Shown in pieces: positions 27,845 to 37,439 of a stretch of DNA of 64,000 bases (position 1 is the first letter of the stretch; each line of letters starts with the position of its first letter). Location: assembly GCA_052034805.1 (NCBI GenBank), contig JBPOID010000004.1, positions 23,236 to 87,235 on the forward strand, in the 5' to 3' direction. The notes under the pieces are model-generated. The model did not search any database. It was not told where the DNA came from and was given only the letters and a program-made list of their open reading frames with translations. The stretch comes from Candidatus Tayloriibacteriota bacterium. GTDB taxonomy: Bacteria > Patescibacteriota > Minisyncoccia > Phycocordibacterales > PALSA-1337. The position numbers were made by a program, and so were the translations under genes.

Positions 27845-29881
27845 ATGAAAAATAAAAGCAATAAAATTCTAATACTGTCAGCAATAATGGGAATAGCATT
27901 CTTTGTATTACCTTTTATTACAAATGCAGCAGGGGATGGATTCATACAGGGTGTAGGTATATCAGTGGTGAATAGTGCTATAGCGAATATAGCGAATTTC
28001 TTCTTGATGTTATCATCATCTATTGTTTTCTGGACTGGAATGTTGCTGAGTATATCAGTAAGAATAACTCTAAGTATAGGAGATATATATAATTCTATAG
28101 AAGGAATGAAATCAGTATGGGTAACAATAAGAGATTTATCAAGTATATTTATAATATTCTCATTACTTTACTATTCTATAAGGACAATACTTGGCAATGC
28201 AGAAGTCAGTATGAATAAACTGATAATAAAGATATTCATAGCGGGTATAATGATAAACTTCAGTCTATTCTTTGTAAAAATTGCCGTTGATGCTTCGAAT
28301 ATTATTTCGCTTCAATTCTATAATGCAATAACCCCAAGTGATAGTGCTAGATTGACTAATATTGATATTAAACATCTTGCTTCTGTAGAAAATACTATAA
28401 AAGATGCTAGTGGTCTTTCAAATATCTTTATGCAAAGTCTAAAATTACCTAAAATCTATGAAAATACAGGTGTGTTCAAATCAACAGATGTAACAGCAAG
28501 TATAGGATTCGCAGCTATAGCAGGAATAGTAATGATGGTGGTGGCTGGATTATCTTTCTTGGCTGCTTCTTTATCTTTCATAATAAGAACGGCAATATTA
28601 CTCACGATTATGGCTTTGTCTCCATTATTCTTTGCTGGAATGATTTTCCCAGATATAAAGAAGAGGGTTTCAGATAAAATGTCTGGTTTTCTATATAGTC
28701 AATGTGTATTTATGCCTGTTTATTTCTTTCTACTTTATGTAGCTCTTAGAATAATAAGTGATGATGGATTCATGAGTATATTCAATCAGAGTGTAACGAA
28801 TCCATCAGGAGCTACAAATAGTCCAGTATTCGTAGGTACAATAATCCAATACACAATAGCCATAATATTTATAAATCTACCTTTATTAGCTGCGATAGAA
28901 CTCGGTGGTCAGGGTATGAAATGGGCACCACAAGCAAAAGATATTGGTAAATTGTTGGGAGGATTTGCAGGTAGAAATACTGTTGGAAGATTGTCCAGAT
29001 GGGCCGGAGAATCATTTGACAAAGGTGCTGCTAGTGGAAAGGTATTCGGTAGTGAGAATCTATACAGACTAGGAAATAATCCACTCATGTCCAAAGTTAG
29101 TCAGGGTATTAGAGGTGGACTAAGATCTGGTGAAGAATCAAAATATGGTGGATCTGGAAATCTAAGTTCAGTTGAGAAAATAGATAAAGCAAGAAGAGTA
29201 GAGTTAGATACAATGAACAGACAAACTACCAGAAAGTCAGAAATAAGTAGTATTCTAGATAATCGAGCACCTCTAGATCTAAATTCTATAGATAATACAA
29301 AGAGCATAAAAGAAATAGAGAATATAAAGGGAGTATTAAGTAAAATGAATTCTAAAGAAATAGAAAAACTTGGAGATAAATTAAAAGATTCATATGTTGC
29401 GGCAGCTATGAATTCAAAACAAGCTGAAAATATTATGAAATCAGATATGCCAGATAAAAATAAAGAAGATTTTATGAAATCTAGAGCAGAAGGACTGAAG
29501 ATAGCTATGAAAACAATAAGTTCAGGAGATTTTGAATCAATAATGAAAGAGGATTTCAATGATGAACAGAAAAAAGATTTGAAAGATCATAGAGTAAATA
29601 TACTAGAAAAAGCTATAGCATCCGGTAAATCAGATGAAGTCAAAGAATATATGAAAAATCTGTCTGCAAAAGAATTGGCAAAATTAAAGCCCGAGACATT
29701 AAAAGATGTAAATCTAATTAATAATTTATCTCTTGCTCATTTGAAAGAAATGGAAGATACACTAGATAGAGGAACAAAGAGAGTTATAGCTAAACATATT
29801 CGTAACCTACCAGCAGACAATGAGCATAAGGCATACGGATATATGCAAGATGATAAAAACTTTGATAGATGGTCAAAATAA
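27845..29881 (+). CDS. VirB6/TrbL-like polytopic inner-membrane protein with a C-terminal hydrophilic extension
   Basis: 678 aa; signal plus 6 or more TM helices in the first 350 aa, then a charged tail. This topology is typical of VirB6/TrbL. Assignment rests on architecture and context, not on a sequence motif. Confidence 0.5.
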   Translation: MKNKSNKILILSAIMGIAFFVLPFITNAAGDGFIQGVGISVVNSAIANIANFFLMLSSSIVFWTGMLLSISVRITLSIGDIYNSIEGMKSVWVTIRDLSSIFIIFSLLYYSIRTILGNAEVSMNKLIIKIFIAGIMINFSLFFVKIAVDASNIISLQFYNAITPSDSARLTNIDIKHLASVENTIKDASGLSNIFMQSLKLPKIYENTGVFKSTDVTASIGFAAIAGIVMMVVAGLSFLAASLSFIIRTAILLTIMALSPLFFAGMIFPDIKKRVSDKMSGFLYSQCVFMPVYFFLLYVALRIISDDGFMSIFNQSVTNPSGATNSPVFVGTIIQYTIAIIFINLPLLAAIELGGQGMKWAPQAKDIGKLLGGFAGRNTVGRLSRWAGESFDKGAASGKVFGSENLYRLGNNPLMSKVSQGIRGGLRSGEESKYGGSGNLSSVEKIDKARRVELDTMNRQTTRKSEISSILDNRAPLDLNSIDNTKSIKEIENIKGVLSKMNSKEIEKLGDKLKDSYVAAAMNSKQAENIMKSDMPDKNKEDFMKSRAEGLKIAMKTISSGDFESIMKEDFNDEQKKDLKDHRVNILEKAIASGKSDEVKEYMKNLSAKELAKLKPETLKDVNLINNLSLAHLKEMEDTLDRGTKRVIAKHIRNLPADNEHKAYGYMQDDKNFDRWSK

Positions 29882-30678
29882 TTAAAATTATGGAAAATGA
29901 AAATTCAAAAATAAATATGGATGCAAATTTAATAGTAAAAACAATGAGTTCTATTGGTACATATTCAAAATTAGAATCTATTGGAGAAAAGTATAATCTA
30001 ATGATAGATCAAATTGGCCAATTGGAAATAGATACAAGAATGGTAATGATAGGCAAGATAAAATCTGATGATTTTGTAGATACAATAGCCAAAAATCTAG
30101 AAATACCGAGAGAAACTGCTCAGAAAATAGCAGTGGATATAAACAATGAAATCCTAATGACAGTTCGTGAATCAATACGCAAAATGCAAGAAGGTGAATC
30201 TATTGTAGAAGAAAAGATTCCATCCGTACCGCCAATGCCCCCAAGACCTATAGCACAAATGAACACCGAAAGACCTATACCAGTACCAAATCCAATACAA
30301 ACTCCTAACTATAGTCGACCAATACCATCTACACCCCAAACTACATCTCCATATAATCCGCCAATACCACCTATACCTAAAGCTCCACCAGCTTCTCCAA
30401 TAAGAAATACAAATCTATCTGATATAGAAAGAATAGGTGGATTCACTATAGAAAGTAGACCTCTTTCTAATTCTCCTCAATACAATGATACAAATCCAGA
30501 TAGGGAAGAAGTATTAAAAGAAATAGAAAAATACGAAAATACTGGATCAAAAGATGGTATAAGTTTCGTTGATCATTTGCTTTCAAATCCAGTTTCAAAC
30601 AAAGAACAAATAAAAGTTATAAAACCAGAAGTAAAAAAAGATACATATACTACAGATCCTTACAGAGAACCAATATAA
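29869..30678 (+). CDS. Pro-rich hypothetical protein (overlaps previous gene by 13 nt)
   Basis: 269 aa; PPMPPRPI...PIPPIPKAPPASP low-complexity core. Confidence 0.45.
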   Translation: MVKIIKIMENENSKINMDANLIVKTMSSIGTYSKLESIGEKYNLMIDQIGQLEIDTRMVMIGKIKSDDFVDTIAKNLEIPRETAQKIAVDINNEILMTVRESIRKMQEGESIVEEKIPSVPPMPPRPIAQMNTERPIPVPNPIQTPNYSRPIPSTPQTTSPYNPPIPPIPKAPPASPIRNTNLSDIERIGGFTIESRPLSNSPQYNDTNPDREEVLKEIEKYENTGSKDGISFVDHLLSNPVSNKEQIKVIKPEVKKDTYTTDPYREPI

Positions 30679-30698
30679 TAATGATATAATCAACATAT

Positions 30699-31133
30699 AT
30701 GCGTTTCCAAGTACCACAATTCATAGAAGTTGAAGACAAAATATTTGGTCAATTTACCATAAAGCAATTCATATATATGGCGGGTGGCGCTGGATTATCG
30801 TTTGCAGTATACAGACTTATAGGATCATTTATATTTTCAATACCAATAATAATTGTAATAATGGCCTTTTCTGCAGCATTAGCATTTTATAGAATAAATG
30901 AAAGATTTCCTTTTATTTATATAGTGGAAGCAGCATTCAAATATGTATTTTCTAATAAACTCTATATATGGAAAAAAATGGAAAACAAAAAAGTGAATGA
31001 AGATAATACTGATCAAGAAATAAAGAAATATGCATCTGTTATGGTTCCGAAAATTTCTGATAGCAAATTAAAAGATCTTACATGGAGTCTGGATATAAAA
31101 GAGAGTATGTATACAAATAAAAATCAAAAATAA
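30699..31133 (+). CDS. VirB3-like small two-TM membrane protein (PrgI/TrbD analogue)
   Basis: 144 aa, two adjacent TM helices, sits immediately upstream of the VirB4 gene as in T4SS loci. Confidence 0.45.
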   Translation: MRFQVPQFIEVEDKIFGQFTIKQFIYMAGGAGLSFAVYRLIGSFIFSIPIIIVIMAFSAALAFYRINERFPFIYIVEAAFKYVFSNKLYIWKKMENKKVNEDNTDQEIKKYASVMVPKISDSKLKDLTWSLDIKESMYTNKNQK

Positions 31134-31766
31134 ATGCCAAAAGATAAAAAAACAACACAAGATTTCGTACCAATACAAGAAATAAGAGATGGTATTGTTA
31201 TATTAAAAGATAATTCAATGAGAGCGATAGTATTGGCTTCTTCTCTTAACTTTGCATTGAAATCAGCCGATGAACAAAATTCTATTATTTTCCAATTCCA
31301 AAATTTCTTAAACTCTTTAGATTTTTCTGTACAGATTTTCGTACAATCAAAAAGATTAGATATAAGGCCATATATAGCCCTTTTAGAAGAAAGATACAAG
31401 GAACAATTAACAGAATTGATGAAAATACAAACTAGAGAATATATAGAATTCATAAAAACTTTCGTAGAAAATTCTAGTATTATGACAAAAAGTTTCTTTA
31501 TAGTTATACCTTATACTCCACCTCTTATATCTTCTAATTCTAATCCATTAGGAAATCTGATAAATAAAAAAGAGGGTCCAAAAGTTACACCGAATGAACA
31601 ATTCAATGAATACCGAAGTCAGCTAGAGCAGAGAGTAGGGGTTGTTGAGCAAGGATTAGTAAGATGTGGTGTTAGAGTCGCAGAACTTGGAACAGAAGAA
31701 GTGGTAGAATTATATTATAAGATTTTCAATCCTGGAGAAACAGAGAAACCTATACAGATCAATTAA
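31134..31766 (+). CDS. VirB4/TrbE N-terminal domain encoded as a separate ORF
   Basis: QDFVPIQEIRDGIVILKDNSMRAIVLASSLNFALKSADEQNSIIFQFQNFLNSL matches the N-terminal (CagE_TrbE_VirB) domain pattern of VirB4 proteins. Followed by three in-frame TAA codons. Confidence 0.6.
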   Translation: MPKDKKTTQDFVPIQEIRDGIVILKDNSMRAIVLASSLNFALKSADEQNSIIFQFQNFLNSLDFSVQIFVQSKRLDIRPYIALLEERYKEQLTELMKIQTREYIEFIKTFVENSSIMTKSFFIVIPYTPPLISSNSNPLGNLINKKEGPKVTPNEQFNEYRSQLEQRVGVVEQGLVRCGVRVAELGTEEVVELYYKIFNPGETEKPIQIN

Positions 31767-31780
31767 TAATAAAAAATAAA

Positions 31781-33601
31781 ATGGGTATTTTTAGCAAAAT
31801 GTTTGGTAAAAAAGAAGATCCGAAAATAGTATCTCTTATGCCACAAGAGATCTATGAAGCTGGCGTTCTCGAATTAAAGGATATTATCGCTCCTTCAGCA
31901 TTGAAAATAAATCCAAAAGAAATAAATCTTGGAGAAAAGATCGCTAGAACATTTTTCGTTATATCTTATCCTAGATTTCTAACTGATAGTTGGTTTGCCC
32001 CTATAATAAACCTAGATAAGGTCTTTAATATTTCTATTTTTATTCATCCTATAGATACAGCGAGAATATTGAGACATTTCAGAAAGAAGGTTGCCGAAGT
32101 ACAGAGTCAAATAGCTCAAAGGGAACAGAAGGGGCTTGTTAGAGACCCTTTACTTGATACTGCATATCAAGATCTAGAAGCATTGAGAGATAATCTAATG
32201 CAAGCTCAAGAAAAGATTTTTGATGTTGGCGTATATATAACTATATATGGTGATTCTGATTCTGAATTAGATAAAATAGAATCCGAAGTAAAATCCATAC
32301 TAGAATCAAAATTAGTATATATAAAACCAGCATTATTCCAACAAGAAAGTGGATATAGAAGTGTATTACCTATAGCAAATGATGAACTTATGGTTCATTC
32401 TAAACTCAATTCCTCACCACTTTCATCATTATTTCCATTCGTATCTTTCGATTTAACATCAGATAAGGGCATACTTTATGGAATAAACAGACATAATTCA
32501 TCTCTAGTACTTTTCGATAGATTTTTATTAGAAAACTATAATTCCGTAACCTTTGCCAAGGCTGGAGCCGGTAAATCATACAATGTTAAACTAGAAATAC
32601 TTAGAACTTTAATGTTCGATACTGAAGTTATCGTTATAGATCCAGAAAAGGAATACGAATACATGGCAGAAGCAACAGGTGGCAAATATTTTAATATATC
32701 TCTTAATTCTGAACATCATATAAATCCTTTTGACCTTCCTATGCCTAGAGAGGATGAAAGCGCTTCGGATGTTTTGCGTTCAAATATAATAAATTTGGTT
32801 GGACTTTTCCGTATAATGCTTGGCGGATTATCCCAAGAAGAAGATGCAATAATAGATAGAGCTATTACAGAAACTTATGCATTAAAGGATATTACACCTG
32901 AATCTAATTTCAAGAATATTGAGCCACCACTTCTATCTGATTTTGAATTAGTGCTTGCTGGAATGGAAGGAGCTGAATCTCTAGTAGAAAGATTGAGTAA
33001 ATATACAAAGGGAACATGGTCAGGATTCATAAATAGACCTTCAAATGTTGATATAAACAAGAAATTCGTCGTTTTCTCATTGCGAGATATGGAAGATGAA
33101 TTGAAACCAGTAGCAATGTATATAGTTACACATTATATATGGAATGCCATAAGAAAACAGTTGAAAAAGCGTCTTCTAGTCATAGATGAGGCTTGGTGGA
33201 TGATGAAATCAGAGGATACGGCTTCATTCCTACTCAGTTTGGCAAAGAGAGGTAGAAAATATTATTTAGGTTTGGCAACAATAACACAGGATGTTGATGA
33301 TTTCCTTAATTCTCCTTATGGATTGCCTATTATCACGAACTCTTCTATACAAATTCTATTGAAACAAAGTCCAACTTCAATAGATAAAATACAAAAAACA
33401 TTTAATCTAACCGATGAAGAGAAATATCTTCTATTAGAATCAGATTTGGGGGAGGGAATATTCTTCGTAGGACTTAAACATGTAGCCATAAAAGTTGTGG
33501 CTTCTTATACAGAAGATCAAATAATAACTACGAATCCAGCCCAAGTTCTAGCCATAAAGAAAGCCAAGGAAGATTTGGAAAATAGCGAAAATAGTAGATA
33601 A
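31781..33601 (+). CDS. virB4: VirB4/TrbE/PrgJ-family T4SS ATPase (C-terminal ATPase portion)
   Basis: Walker A FAKAGAGKS, Walker B LLVIDEAWWMM; 606 aa; with the preceding 210-aa ORF this totals about 816 aa, typical of VirB4. Confidence 0.85.
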   Translation: MGIFSKMFGKKEDPKIVSLMPQEIYEAGVLELKDIIAPSALKINPKEINLGEKIARTFFVISYPRFLTDSWFAPIINLDKVFNISIFIHPIDTARILRHFRKKVAEVQSQIAQREQKGLVRDPLLDTAYQDLEALRDNLMQAQEKIFDVGVYITIYGDSDSELDKIESEVKSILESKLVYIKPALFQQESGYRSVLPIANDELMVHSKLNSSPLSSLFPFVSFDLTSDKGILYGINRHNSSLVLFDRFLLENYNSVTFAKAGAGKSYNVKLEILRTLMFDTEVIVIDPEKEYEYMAEATGGKYFNISLNSEHHINPFDLPMPREDESASDVLRSNIINLVGLFRIMLGGLSQEEDAIIDRAITETYALKDITPESNFKNIEPPLLSDFELVLAGMEGAESLVERLSKYTKGTWSGFINRPSNVDINKKFVVFSLRDMEDELKPVAMYIVTHYIWNAIRKQLKKRLLVIDEAWWMMKSEDTASFLLSLAKRGRKYYLGLATITQDVDDFLNSPYGLPIITNSSIQILLKQSPTSIDKIQKTFNLTDEEKYLLLESDLGEGIFFVGLKHVAIKVVASYTEDQIITTNPAQVLAIKKAKEDLENSENSR

Positions 33602-33631
33602 ATAGATAAGTTCACTTATTGAAATAATGAT

Positions 33632-34018
33632 ATGGATGAAAAGCCTAAGAAAAAATACAGAATAGGAGGATTTGCTGTAGTAATACTTTTTATTATTGCT
33701 TTATTTTTTGATCTTATAAGTTTTATACCCTTTGTAGGCGATATATTCTGGGTATTTATGAGTTATTATCTGTATAAAACAGGTCATGGATTATTGAATC
33801 TGAGAAGATTAGTGCCTATTATGGTGTCATTTATTACAGAATCTATACCTTTTCTATCTAGTTTGCCTTCGATAATGGCTGCTACTATTAGTATTATAAT
33901 GCTATCCAGAATCGAAGATAAAACTGGAATATCCATAACATCACATACAAATATAGCAAAACCACAAATTCAAGTTCCACTGTATCAAGACGGCAGACGT
34001 TTACCAAAAAAAGTGTGA
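33632..34018 (+). CDS. Small three-TM membrane protein, T4SS-like operon
   Basis: 128 aa, hydrophobic. Confidence 0.5.
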   Translation: MDEKPKKKYRIGGFAVVILFIIALFFDLISFIPFVGDIFWVFMSYYLYKTGHGLLNLRRLVPIMVSFITESIPFLSSLPSIMAATISIIMLSRIEDKTGISITSHTNIAKPQIQVPLYQDGRRLPKKV

Positions 34019-34031
34019 TAAAATAATACTA

Positions 34032-35036
34032 ATGAAATTCCATAAAAAAATAATTATATCAATAATATTTTCATTAGGTCTTTTGGGTTTAGTTCATACT
34101 ACAAATGCACAAATACCTGATTCTATAGATGGAATAGATATTTCTTCAAGTCCAGATAATCCCAACCCAGGACAAAATGTAAATATAAATATTGAGAGTT
34201 ATTCAACCGATTTAAACGGTGCATCTATAGTGTGGATGGTTAATGGTAAGAATTATAAACAGGGAACAGGTATCAAATCCATAAGCATAAAGGCTCCAGA
34301 ACTAGGAAAAAATACAAATATTTTAGTAGCTATTATGACAATAGAAGGAAAACAAATAAAAAAAGCAATTACTATAAAGTCAGGCAGTATTGATCTGGTA
34401 TTAGAAAGCGATGGCTATATACCTCCACTATACAAGGGAAGATCATCATTTGCATATCAAAACTCAATAAGACTTATAGCTGTACCGCATCTAGCGTCGA
34501 ATGATGGGAAAGAATTAGATCCTAAAACTCTATTATATACTTGGTCAGAAAACGACAAGGTTATACAGAATCAGAGTGGCTATGGAAAGCAGGTATTAGT
34601 ATTGAAGGAGGAAACACCGAAGGAAATGAATATGAAAGTTGAAGTCAGCACAAAAACAGGAAGTCAAAAAGCTGTTTCATATATGGTATTAAATCCAACA
34701 GATCCTTCTATTCTATTTTATGAAGAAGATCCTTTATATGGAATACTTTACAATAAAGCATTACTGGGAGACAAAACATTAGATAATCAAGAAATAAATA
34801 TAGTATCTGCACCATATTATTTCAATATGTTAGAGAAAAATTCACCATTATCATTTATATGGAGTATAAATAATCTAGAAAGACCCGAACTATCTACAAG
34901 TCAAACAATAACCCTAAGATCAAAAGGGGATACATCAGGTAGTTCGCTTGTAAAACTAGAAATACGTAATAGCAATGAGATTCTGCAAGGAGGAAGTAAT
35001 AGTATCAAATTGAATTTCAATAAGAAAAATCAGTAA
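34032..35036 (+). CDS. Secreted beta-rich hypothetical protein (signal peptide)
   Basis: 334 aa; signal MKFHKKIIISIIFSLGLLGLVHTTNA. Confidence 0.5.
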   Translation: MKFHKKIIISIIFSLGLLGLVHTTNAQIPDSIDGIDISSSPDNPNPGQNVNINIESYSTDLNGASIVWMVNGKNYKQGTGIKSISIKAPELGKNTNILVAIMTIEGKQIKKAITIKSGSIDLVLESDGYIPPLYKGRSSFAYQNSIRLIAVPHLASNDGKELDPKTLLYTWSENDKVIQNQSGYGKQVLVLKEETPKEMNMKVEVSTKTGSQKAVSYMVLNPTDPSILFYEEDPLYGILYNKALLGDKTLDNQEINIVSAPYYFNMLEKNSPLSFIWSINNLERPELSTSQTITLRSKGDTSGSSLVKLEIRNSNEILQGGSNSIKLNFNKKNQ

Positions 35037-35051
35037 ATAATATACAAATAA

Positions 35052-36173
35052 ATGAAAAAGAAAATTTTATACATATTTATAATAATCATAATTTCTCAAG
35101 GCTTAGGAAGTAGAATAGCTCTAGGTGCAATAGACAGTTATAAATTAATAGAACCAATACCTTGTATAGATGGAACTGGAAATGGCTGTGAAAATGGTTT
35201 AATAAATAATGTTAATGTTGATACATATATAGCTTATATATTCAAAATAGCCATAGCTTTGGCAGGATTTCTGGCTGTAGTAATGATTATATATGGAGGA
35301 TTTACATATATGCTGAGCGAATCCATAACAAGCAAAAGTGGTGCAAAAGATACGATAAAGAATGTCGTATTAGGATTATTAGGGGCATTATCATCATTTT
35401 TAATACTTCAGACTATCGATCCTAGATTAGTAAACATAAATACAACAATACCTAAAATACAAGTTAAAGACGATAGTAGTGTAGACAGATTTGCAAATCA
35501 ATTAAGTTCGGATATGAAACAAATGTCTGCAGAAACAAGAGATCAGGTTGCTAAAATGAAAGATGAGTCAGATAAACTAAAACAGCAAATAGATTCTTTA
35601 AAAAAAGAAATTAGCGATAATCCATCAAATAAAAGTGATTTAGAAAATCAATTATATGAATTAGAAAATCAATGGAAAAAAGCAGAAGCAAATGTAGCAA
35701 AAACTTCTGCAATATCTATAGGTACTACCTATTTCAGAAATGCTTTTGATACAATAACCAAAGAGAATGCTGGTGAGGATTTGGTGGATACTAATTCTGT
35801 AGATAAACATAAAATAGACCTGCAAAAAGCAATGGATTTATACAAAGACAAAGCAAATAATATTGGGGAATACAATACTTCTCAAGATATTACAAATATT
35901 GAAAATTATTATCTCGATCAGATTGATAATGAAAGAATGTTCGTTGATTCAATAGTCAATGGTTATACCAAAGTAGCTAATAGAGTATCTATAAATTATT
36001 CTGTAAGAAAACAATTAATAGAGGATTTCTTGAAAAAATATGAGAATCCAGAAACTGATCCTTATTATCAAAAATATAAACTTTATCCAAATAACGAATT
36101 TATATTAGATAGTTATAAAAAATTACAAGATTCTAGAGCTTCTAGAGCAAAAGAAGTATTAAAGAAAATCTAA
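35052..36173 (+). CDS. VirB2/TrbC-like pilin-type N-terminal module (signal plus two hydrophobic helices) fused to a long coiled-coil domain
   Basis: Signal peptide, then YIAYIFKIAIALAGFLAVVMIIYGGFTYM and KNVVLGLLGALSSFLILQTI helices (VirB2-like topology), then about 230 aa predicted coiled coil. Confidence 0.4.
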   Translation: MKKKILYIFIIIIISQGLGSRIALGAIDSYKLIEPIPCIDGTGNGCENGLINNVNVDTYIAYIFKIAIALAGFLAVVMIIYGGFTYMLSESITSKSGAKDTIKNVVLGLLGALSSFLILQTIDPRLVNINTTIPKIQVKDDSSVDRFANQLSSDMKQMSAETRDQVAKMKDESDKLKQQIDSLKKEISDNPSNKSDLENQLYELENQWKKAEANVAKTSAISIGTTYFRNAFDTITKENAGEDLVDTNSVDKHKIDLQKAMDLYKDKANNIGEYNTSQDITNIENYYLDQIDNERMFVDSIVNGYTKVANRVSINYSVRKQLIEDFLKKYENPETDPYYQKYKLYPNNEFILDSYKKLQDSRASRAKEVLKKI

Positions 36174-36179
36174 TAAACC

Positions 36180-37439
36180 ATGAAAAAAATATTAATAACA
36201 TTACTAATACTCGGAATAATAGGTGGTGGTGCTTATTATTGGTTTTTTTATAAAAATAATACAGATTCAACAATAGAAACAGAAACCCCAACAGACAATA
36301 CTCCTACAAAGAAATTCACCCCAATCAATCGCTCAAACACAAATACAAATAATACAGAGAAAGTATCAACTTCAACAAAAAATACAAATATTGAAAATGT
36401 TAATAATACTGTAAAGATGCCTGCATTAAGAAAGATAAGCGATGTACCAGTAGGGGGTTATATGGCAAGTAGTACAGCTAGTTCTACAGTTATAAGATAT
36501 ATAGATCGTGGTACAGGACATATATTCGAAACTAGAAGTGATACAAACTCCGTTGAAAAGATTTCTAATACCACTATAGCTAGAGTTTATGAGAGTTATT
36601 GGAATAATACTGCAAATAAAGGCATATTTAGATATATAAAAGAGAATTCAAATATAATAACAAATTTATACGGAGAAATATTGCCATCATCTAATACTGG
36701 TACAACATCAGATAAAACAGCTTATCAAACAAAAGGATTGATACTGTCTTCGAATATAACAGAAATGGCTATATCACCCAAAGGAGATAGACTATTTTCA
36801 TTCTATAATGAAGATAATGGGGGAGTGGGCTATATATCTATGTTAAATGGTAGTAAAAATACTAAATTATGGAATACTCCATTCAAACAACTTTATTTTG
36901 ATTGGCCTGAAGAAAATACTATAGTAGCAACGAATAAACCATCCGGTTATTCATTCGGATATTCATATACAATAGATGCAAAAACTGGAATATCAAAAAA
37001 GATAATAAATCAGATATTAGGTCTATCGGTGAAATTAAGTCCTGATGCAAAAAATGCAATTCTTTCTTCTGGTGGTAGTAATATATCTACATTCTTATTC
37101 AATATTAAGAATAATTCTTATCAATCTGTAATCTTTAAAACCTTAGCAGAGAAATGTATTTGGAGTAAGATTAGAAATAATATGATTTATTGTGCTGTTC
37201 CAACAGAAATACCACAAGGATTATATCCAGATGATTGGTATAAAGGAAAAATATCTTTTACAGACAGAATATGGAGTTTCAATATAGATTCTGGGGAAGT
37301 TCATATGTTAGCCGATCTATCATCTCTAGCAAAAACCTTTATTGATACTATGAATTTAAAATTAGATAGTAAAGAAAACTTCTTATATTTCATAAACAAA
37401 AACGACCTAAGTCTATGGTCATTAGATTTGAATCTTTAA
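36180..37439 (+). CDS. Membrane-anchored T/N-rich protein with a probable beta-propeller-like C-terminal domain; last gene of the operon
   Basis: 419 aa, N-terminal TM, T/N-rich linker. Confidence 0.5.
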   Translation: MKKILITLLILGIIGGGAYYWFFYKNNTDSTIETETPTDNTPTKKFTPINRSNTNTNNTEKVSTSTKNTNIENVNNTVKMPALRKISDVPVGGYMASSTASSTVIRYIDRGTGHIFETRSDTNSVEKISNTTIARVYESYWNNTANKGIFRYIKENSNIITNLYGEILPSSNTGTTSDKTAYQTKGLILSSNITEMAISPKGDRLFSFYNEDNGGVGYISMLNGSKNTKLWNTPFKQLYFDWPEENTIVATNKPSGYSFGYSYTIDAKTGISKKIINQILGLSVKLSPDAKNAILSSGGSNISTFLFNIKNNSYQSVIFKTLAEKCIWSKIRNNMIYCAVPTEIPQGLYPDDWYKGKISFTDRIWSFNIDSGEVHMLADLSSLAKTFIDTMNLKLDSKENFLYFINKNDLSLWSLDLNL

